NCBI GenBank assembly: GCA_023515795.1
Contig: JALGPX010000014.1
Span: forward strand, 248,001 to 312,000
DNA length: 64,000 nt
Reading direction: 5' to 3'
Source: Amoeboaphelidium occidentale
Lineage: Eukaryota
Under the pieces are notes generated by a model. That model searched no databases. It saw only the letters and a list, made by a program, of their open reading frames with translations, and was not told where the DNA came from. A program made the translations under genes and the position numbers. Position 1 is the stretch's first letter; every line of letters begins with the position of its first letter. Of this stretch, positions 56,706 to 64,000 are shown in pieces.

Positions 56706-57470
56706 ATGTTGCTTCAAAGCGAACTATCAACATCGCAAGACAAAACACCCGTCGTAAGCCCAGATAATGACTTTGCTCTTGCTAAAACATTCATTTCACT
56801 TATTCCTAAATTCGCATTACGGGAAAATCTATTAGAGTGCAGACTTCTGGGTTATGCTGCGATTGAATTTAAGTTGAAACAGGGTCATGCTATTCCGCTA
56901 CTCACCGAAGAGGAGACATACCTGACTTGCGATATTCTGCTATCCAAAGAAAAAGGCTCAGAAAAGTTATGCCTGAGATTATTTGAATTGATTTACGAAG
57001 TTCAGTGGGACCATATTGAACTGCTTGAGAACATGAAAATGATCATTAGCATGGAACACTTTGATATTTATTTGACTTCAGTGGAATGGACTGTAGACTC
57101 TAAAGAATTGGAATCTGTACTGTCAAGGCTCGTTAGCGACAATTCCAAAGTAGAAGATGATAACATCATTCGGTATAATTTGGACGTGTTGCAACAATAT
57201 GATCACTTCCTTCAAGATGTGCCATGGGATGAAGGCAACGAAGTAAATGACTTTATAAAAACATTCCTTGCAAGCCTGATACCTCAAAACAAAGTCTCAG
57301 ACAAGGACTGGCTATCTGTTTTCCAGTCGCGCAAGGCAGAGCTTGACGCTGAAAGCAAAGCGCTATTGGGAAATTCGACAATGACGGATGGATCATCGAC
57401 AGAAGAGGCATTAGACGCTCTTCTGGACCAAATGAAGGAACTCTACGATGACTTTCTCTGTCTAATTTGA
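56706..57470 (+). CDS. Hypothetical acidic helical protein (254 aa)
   Basis: ATG-to-stop ORF filling the gap between neighbours; no family recognised. Confidence 0.6.
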   Translation: MLLQSELSTSQDKTPVVSPDNDFALAKTFISLIPKFALRENLLECRLLGYAAIEFKLKQGHAIPLLTEEETYLTCDILLSKEKGSEKLCLRLFELIYEVQWDHIELLENMKMIISMEHFDIYLTSVEWTVDSKELESVLSRLVSDNSKVEDDNIIRYNLDVLQQYDHFLQDVPWDEGNEVNDFIKTFLASLIPQNKVSDKDWLSVFQSRKAELDAESKALLGNSTMTDGSSTEEALDALLDQMKELYDDFLCLI

Positions 57471-57517
57471 ATAGAAACCCAATGATCAAATAGCAATTTT
57501 CGTTTTTCTATACTCAA

Positions 57518-60500
57518 ATGGATAATCTGCTGATAACAAAACACGCCATTTACGAATCCTTCCTAAAGAATGCCAAAGTGGCTGTTGATACTCTGGCAGA
57601 CACGAAATTCGCGTGTGTCTTGAATGATAATGCTTTGCATGTATCCGCGTCCAAGCCTGGACAAAATCCAATCGATTATTGCTTTGAACTGCCTGAACAC
57701 GAAGGGGACACGGAAGAGCTTTTGGTTTTGAAATATTTTGCTGAAGTTGACGCCATCGTGGCAGTGACCAGTTGGAGAATATTCACGGCAAAGATCGGAA
57801 GCCAAACTGCAACTGTGATCGCAGACTTGTCGTCGAGATTAGTCGCGGCAGAGTTCTCGCCAGATGAAGAATTGTTGGCCTTAGTTTCTTCTGAGCGAAC
57901 ATTTCTTCTGTTGGTATTAGCTTCCGGTGATGATGATATGGAATGTGATTTGTTGAAGGAAGTTTACTTGGATGATTTAGAACACGGCCATGGCTTGGTC
58001 TCCGTTGGTTGGGGTACAGAAGAAACGCAATTCAAGGGCGCTGGTATGAAGGCTATCGAGAGATCTCAAGCTGTTTCTGCGGCAGTGTCCTCTTTGGAAG
58101 AGAAGGAGTTGGTTGATGAGGATGAGTCTTTTGCTATGATTAAGGCTGGTATTTGCTGGAGACAAGATTCTGATTACTGCTGCGTTTCTTACTGTGATAA
58201 GCAGAATGCATGCAAGCGTTTCTTGAGAGTGTTTGACAAGAATGGCGAGTTGATTTCTACTTCTGAGCCAGATGTAGTTGAAGATCCTTCAGAAGTTGCA
58301 ATTATTGCATGGAGGTCTATAAATTTGGTATCAGTTATTTCAAAGAAAGATGTTGCTTTTTATGAGAAGAACGGTTTACGGCACGGTGGTTTCTTGTTGA
58401 AGAAAGGACACACAACAGAGAAAGTTGTTAACATGGCCTGGAATTACGATTCTTCAATTCTCGCTCTGTGCATGGAAAGAAATGGTGTTATTGAATGTGA
58501 GTTATGGACTAATGCAAACTATCACTTTTACCGCAAACTAATATTGCCAATGCCATCAGTTTGCAATGTTAGATTTGAAGGCAATAGCATTTATTGTTCT
58601 GAATTTTCCGGGAAGTTGCACGAGTATCTTTTGTCGAAGGAAGTATTCAATTGTTCTCGAGGTGAAGAGAATCAAGCCGTTATCAAAGTTATTGACGGAG
58701 AGGAAATTCTTGTCACAGATTTTGCAAAGTTTGTTATGCCGCCTCCAATGTGCCAGACAAAGGTCAAGTGTAGTGCACAAGCTCTTCATGTGAATGGAGA
58801 TTTAGCGCTGCTTAGTGGTGGTACTGTTTGCTCTCTATCTAGAGGGTTTGAAGATTTTCAAACATCCGAAAAGGCCAGACAAGTTGCTCCTGTATGTGCC
58901 AATATTGTGGCTGTTTTGAGCAAAGATGACATGGGAACAGATATTATTTCAATCTACGACACAACAGGCAAGATTTTGAGGCAAATGGAAATAGTAAAAG
59001 GCGTTTCAAGGATGCTTCAAAACTCCTCCAAGTTGTATTGCTACACTCTCAGCAACGAACTGGTCCAAGTTGATTTCGAAAGTGGAAGAACAGGAACAGT
59101 TTTGAGTTTCACACAGAAAATGTCAAAGTTTATCGATATACTTTACTACCAGGACGAGTTGTTCTGTTTCCGCATACTTGCTGACAATTCTTTGGTTGTT
59201 AATGATGATCTGACTATTTCAAATGCATGCACATCTTTTCTGTTGACTGATTCTAGACTGGTTTATACGACTTCTAATCACGATGTCAACTTTGTTCTAT
59301 TCTCTTCATTACAGAGTGTAAGAGACGATCCTAGTTTATTTACGAAGTTTGTCTACAAGCGTGCAGTCGAAAGAGGTTCTGTAATAGTTACGGCTGCAAC
59401 AAAGAAAATGAAGATGATCTTTCAGCTTCCTCGTGGAAATCTGGAGTGCGTTGCACCACGTCCTTTCGTTATTGATTTCATTGTAGAGAGCATTTTAGAG
59501 AAGAAGGCATACAAGGCTGCATTCACTGCTGCGCGTAAACACAGAATTGATCTGAACTTGGTGGTTGATTTAAATCCTAGCGATTTTATTGAAAACCTGT
59601 CCGAGCTACTGCATAGTATTAGTGTTGATGACGCAAACTTGCTTGTTTCATCACTAAGAGATGTCAATGTTATCGAAGAAAAATTCAAGGCCTTGTTTGC
59701 TGGATCATCTTTATTGAACAATGCTTCTTTTGACTTTACTTCAAAGGTTAACTTTGTTTGCGAGGCGATAAGAAATGCCCTATCTAATGAATATTATCAG
59801 GATGCAGAGAAGAAGGAACAGTTCTTGACAATTTTAACTACTTACTTATGCCAGAGCCCTCCAAAGACTGAAGAAATGATGTCGTACCTCTCTGCCACAG
59901 TGAAGAGAACGAAAAAATCAGGTATACTTGACGAGGGACTCAAGTATGTTAGAAGTTTTATGAATTTAGAATCTCTTTTTGAGATATCTTTGGGTCTTTA
60001 TGATTTCGAGTTGGCTGTGTCTGTTGCCCAGCATGCTAACATGGACCCACGTGAATATGCTCCTATCGTAGAGTCTTTCAATGCAGAACCGAATGTGTTT
60101 TACCAAAAATACTTGGTTGATAATCACTTGCGTCGCTTTGACAAGGCTTTTGAGAACTTGGTCTGCGGTGCGTTTTACAAACAAGCTGTTAAATACATGG
60201 ACGAAAAGAAGCTGTACAAGAATGGGCTTGTTCAATTCTCAAAATTAGAATTCGGCGACGTGGAAGAATACTTTAATGAGACTGCTAGGTTGTTTGCGGA
60301 ATATTTGGAAACAGAAGGAAAATTATCAGATGCTGCTGGCGCTTATTTGCTGTCCAACGATAGTTCACTAGCAGAGAAAGCTTTTGAGCTTTATGTGTCA
60401 GTTGGTGAATATGAAAAGGCACAATTGGTTTCTTTGAAGTATCCTGCTTTGAAGCAAAATGTAGAATGGTATATCGAGAATATGCAGAAATTGAGTGATA

Positions 60501-61402
60501 TTCTAGCTGCAAACAGGCAATTTAAGGAAGCAGCTATTGTACGTTTGGAGCTCGTTAATACGTTCAAGTGCGGCGATATTGATGAAGCCATCAGCTTATT
60601 TATTGAAGGAAAGCTTTTCTGTGAAGCTGTCAAAGCTGCCTGCGAAAATGGCGTTCTGCAAATGTATGAGAGTGAATTGAAGGATGAACTAAAGAACGCT
60701 TTTGAATCCACCTTGATTCTCATTGAAGATTATTCGAATACATTCACCGCTAAATGCAAAAGATTAGCAACGATAAGACAAGAGAAGCCAAACATTCTAG
60801 TCAATGAGGATGCTGGTTTGAATGATAAAATGGTTGATATGATTAGCAATGCATCTCATTATACAGGAATGACAGGCGCAACTGGAGCGACAGGAGCGAC
60901 TGGCTCTTCTAGATATTCACAGACCTCAACTAGAACTTTTAAATCCGCAAGGAGCAAACGAAAGTTCGAGAGAAAGAAATACGATGCCCGTGAAGGCGGT
61001 TTTTATGAAGAACAGGGTCTTGTTAATGAGCTGAAATCGTTTATTACCAAATTTGGTGCTCTTAAGGACCTTGTTGTTTCTCTTACTGAAGCGGTTCCTT
61101 TCTTGAATACTTTTAAAATCATTCAGCTAGCTTCAAAGGTTCAAGAAAGTTACGAGGATCTTGTTGCACTTGCTGTCTCGAAAAGGTCAGAAATATTTGA
61201 ACCAAAGAATCCTTCCCTAAATGAACTGCCAGTTGAAAGAAGGTTTCAAATATCAGATTGTCTGCAGAATCCTGATGCGCCTCAGAGTGAAGCTATATCA
61301 TATCTTCTTCAAGTGTACATTCCTCTTGAAAAACCAGAGTTCTTTGCTTTCAAGTCTAAGAGTGGCACTAGCACTCTGTGGAAGTCAGAATTATTTCATT
61401 AG
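57518..61402 (+). CDS. ELP1: Elongator complex protein 1 (IKI3)
   Basis: VSVGWGTEETQFKG, FYEKNGLRHG, NYHFYRK, QLPRGNLE, RKHRIDLNL, DPREY, basic RSKRKFERKK tail. Confidence 0.95.
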   Translation: MDNLLITKHAIYESFLKNAKVAVDTLADTKFACVLNDNALHVSASKPGQNPIDYCFELPEHEGDTEELLVLKYFAEVDAIVAVTSWRIFTAKIGSQTATVIADLSSRLVAAEFSPDEELLALVSSERTFLLLVLASGDDDMECDLLKEVYLDDLEHGHGLVSVGWGTEETQFKGAGMKAIERSQAVSAAVSSLEEKELVDEDESFAMIKAGICWRQDSDYCCVSYCDKQNACKRFLRVFDKNGELISTSEPDVVEDPSEVAIIAWRSINLVSVISKKDVAFYEKNGLRHGGFLLKKGHTTEKVVNMAWNYDSSILALCMERNGVIECELWTNANYHFYRKLILPMPSVCNVRFEGNSIYCSEFSGKLHEYLLSKEVFNCSRGEENQAVIKVIDGEEILVTDFAKFVMPPPMCQTKVKCSAQALHVNGDLALLSGGTVCSLSRGFEDFQTSEKARQVAPVCANIVAVLSKDDMGTDIISIYDTTGKILRQMEIVKGVSRMLQNSSKLYCYTLSNELVQVDFESGRTGTVLSFTQKMSKFIDILYYQDELFCFRILADNSLVVNDDLTISNACTSFLLTDSRLVYTTSNHDVNFVLFSSLQSVRDDPSLFTKFVYKRAVERGSVIVTAATKKMKMIFQLPRGNLECVAPRPFVIDFIVESILEKKAYKAAFTAARKHRIDLNLVVDLNPSDFIENLSELLHSISVDDANLLVSSLRDVNVIEEKFKALFAGSSLLNNASFDFTSKVNFVCEAIRNALSNEYYQDAEKKEQFLTILTTYLCQSPPKTEEMMSYLSATVKRTKKSGILDEGLKYVRSFMNLESLFEISLGLYDFELAVSVAQHANMDPREYAPIVESFNAEPNVFYQKYLVDNHLRRFDKAFENLVCGAFYKQAVKYMDEKKLYKNGLVQFSKLEFGDVEEYFNETARLFAEYLETEGKLSDAAGAYLLSNDSSLAEKAFELYVSVGEYEKAQLVSLKYPALKQNVEWYIENMQKLSDILAANRQFKEAAIVRLELVNTFKCGDIDEAISLFIEGKLFCEAVKAACENGVLQMYESELKDELKNAFESTLILIEDYSNTFTAKCKRLATIRQEKPNILVNEDAGLNDKMVDMISNASHYTGMTGATGATGATGSSRYSQTSTRTFKSARSKRKFERKKYDAREGGFYEEQGLVNELKSFITKFGALKDLVVSLTEAVPFLNTFKIIQLASKVQESYEDLVALAVSKRSEIFEPKNPSLNELPVERRFQISDCLQNPDAPQSEAISYLLQVYIPLEKPEFFAFKSKSGTSTLWKSELFH

Positions 61403-61603
61403 ATTTTTAGTGAATAATTGATCATGGCGGGCTTTTAGGCAAAAATTACGCAATAAAGAGAATATTGGCTTCACTGAGGAAAGCATTAAACGTCATGGAT
61501 AATTTAGAACAAAGCTCGCATGACGAAACGCTAAAAAATGAATTTCGCATAGCACTTTCTAATCCGACACATAGATTGTTCTATTAAGCGCATATGTTAT
61601 GTC

Positions 61604-64000
61604 TCAGGACCACGGAGTTGTTTTTGTCATAATCTCATACATAACACAGGACAACGAGTAAATATCGAACTTTTTGAAATCAATCCCAGCATAATTCTTT
61701 GATCTAAAACTTCTGTAAGCTTCAGGGGCCGCATATTGTGCTGACAGTCCACGCAAATTGATGAACTGGAACATCTTTGATGCAAGAATTCTATCAGACA
61801 GAATTTGAGTGATTCCAAAATCAGTCAGGTAACTGGAAGGCCTACCATTGTTATCTTGAACAAGGATATTCTGTGGTTTGATATCGCAATGTGCTAAATA
61901 GTGGGAATGCATAATATTCAATGCTGTCGCAAGTTCAGCAATTAATCTCAGAATGGCGGCATCTTTGCATTGTCTCTTGCGTAACCATTCGTAAAGCGAA
62001 CCATCCGGATAATATTTCAAAATGATAGACAAAGGCTTTTCCGTATAGCCAATAATCTCACAGAAGTGGGGGAAAGTCGACAGCATAATCATTATTCCAA
62101 CTTCTTGATAGAAAGCTTCTTCCATAGCCGAGTTTGTGATTGTAACGACCTTCTGTATAACAAATTCAGCAACTTTCTTTCGTAACGCCGAATCCATCAC
62201 TTTTGCTAGGAATACTTCACCACCGCCACCAGATGCGACCTTTTTTACCCTGGCAAAAGCCGAGTGTTCAATTAGGTATGTAGCGTGTTTAGAGATGCCA
62301 ATGACAGAGTTGATAACGGTCTGTAAGTCTGTGACAGTAAAATCGGATTTTTCAACGGTATTTTCAGTGACTGTGGAATGTATAATCTTTCCCTGTTGCT
62401 TCTTAATCCTTGCCATGTAGGCACCTATGATTGCAACGGCAAATATTGCCGCAACAACGCCTATAATCAGCGAGATTGATCCTTCAAACTTCCAACTGTC
62501 GGTTAAGGAAGCTCTGACAGCCCTTTTCTGTCTAGTTCTCGCTTTTTTTGTTTCAATTAGAGCCGTAGAATGGGAGCCATAGCGCACAGGAAGGACTGGA
62601 TCAAACAGCAAGACAGAGCGATCCTCACTGCCTGCAATCACCGAGGAATTATGGCATAAAACAGCGGAAACGGACTTTGAGAAACCAGAGTATAAATCTT
62701 CATGTTTCTTAGTTACAGTATTCCAACGGCGAACGGCCCCTTCAGATCCACCGGAGAACAATGTATCGAAACAGAAAGCCAATGAAGTAACCGGGCCTAA
62801 ATGTCCAGGTGAACTCGAAGACGTCCTTTTGTACCTGAACTTTGGAGACATTTCTTCTAAAGACCATTCGATTATACTCTTATCATCTGAGGCAGAAAAG
62901 AGACTGCCGCCGTTAACAAGAAGATCATTAACTTGACCAACATGCCCTTTTAACTCAGATAGCTTTTCTTGGGTTTCAATTCTGAGTGAATAAATAACTC
63001 CTGATCTAGAGCCTGCATAAATCAATGCGTCTGTCGCAGCAACGCATACCAAGGGTGTCTGGAAATCAATAGTGATGGATGATTTTGTAGAATCTTTTCT
63101 GTCTTTAAGCACGACCTTGTCATCATCAGAAATAATAACGAAATTGAAGTTATTAATTGCAAGATCCTTGAGTGGTAGAGACTTCGAGTTGTACACATCA
63201 ATTGATTCGTTTTCTTCTGCAAGCGAAGATTGTAAAATAAGTCCATCAAGGCCCGAAGAATAAAGCGTGCCGTCAATGGCTGACAACGAGGTAACCGTTT
63301 TATCGTGATAGCTAAAGATTTTCATTAAAAACGCATTCTCAACGTCATATGATATAATTGATCCGCTTTTCAAACCAACAAATAACAAATTATTTTCAGC
63401 AGCAAGCGCGGTGACAGACGCATTCCTGTTTTCAAACGAGAATGCCACCTTTCGGGTTGCCATATTCCATTTTTTGATTGTTCCGTCAAATCCTGTGGAG
63501 TACAAAATATTTGATTCATCAAAGCAAAGAGAAAATACAACATCGTTGTGTCCTTGAAACAATTCGATAACCTGAAGCGAGTAAGAATCCCTCACTCTGA
63601 TAATTCCATCTGCGTGGCTAGTGTAAATCCTCATTCCCCGAGAAATCATGTTACCGCATGCAATTGTCTCTACAAATTAGACAGAATTAGTATGATTTTA
63701 CCGTCGATATTCGCCAAGACTTCACCACTCAGACTTGAAAGCCTCACTAACCCATCGGCTGTGCATGCTGCAATAGACTCTTCTGCGATCGAGATAACGA
63801 GAACACTTGCGAGTGCTATGAATTAAACTTCCGAAAGTAGGATTACCATTGAAAGTCTGAACAGTTTCAAGAGACTCGATATTCCATGCACGAATAGAAA
63901 AATCTGACGAACCAGAATACAAAAAGCTTGAATATCGCTGAATAGATTCCACAATAGTAGTGTGTCCTTCAAATAATCCCAATTGAGACCCGGATGAAAT
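61604..64000 (-). CDS. Receptor-like kinase: WD40 repeats + single TM + protein kinase (5'-partial)
   Basis: Multiple GH..WN/WS repeats, TM ISLIIGVVAAIFAVAIIGAYM, kinase SGGGGEV, HCDIKPQN, DFG, YAAPE; introns 63816-63846 and 63670-63701. Confidence 0.88.

Noticed and set aside
60862..60904. Nine-base repeats in ELP1 (TGMTGATGATGATG) and the CAA run at 35778-35795
   Set aside because: Ordinary low-complexity coding microsatellites.

Overview
Gene-dense eukaryotic nuclear DNA (about 30 protein-coding genes, intergenic gaps often under 100 bp, GT-AG introns mostly 31-45 nt, standard genetic code). Gene content (Zn2Cys6 factor, CEP162-like centriole protein, PH-domain Akt-like kinase, INPP4, complex I 51-kDa subunit, WD40-TM-kinase receptor) points to an early-diverging zoosporic fungus or fungal relative, e.g. 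an aphelid-like organism (inference). The standout is a ~3.2-kb accessory island (about 16361-19596) between a Zn2Cys6 gene and mitochondrial MetRS. It holds a Fanzor1-type gene (eukaryotic TnpB/Cas12-like RNA-guided nuclease; reconstructed ~678 aa with N-terminal NLS, rearranged RuvC D/E/D triad and Zn finger). The gene is broken by one stop and one homopolymer frameshift and is assembled from two ~3%-divergent copies. Around it are a candidate omegaRNA over the 3' end, a long hairpin just before the ATG, a possible decayed second Fanzor C-terminus upstream, a palindrome, and a candidate 9-bp target-site duplication. No transposase is visible. Other notable items: a probable 4-nt micro-exon, a forkhead-like protein with a rewritten recognition helix, a highly structured intergenic region, a possible lipoxygenase-like metalloprotein and a receptor-like kinase with a truncated C-lobe. 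Three N-gaps are flanked by overlap duplications that are assembly artefacts.
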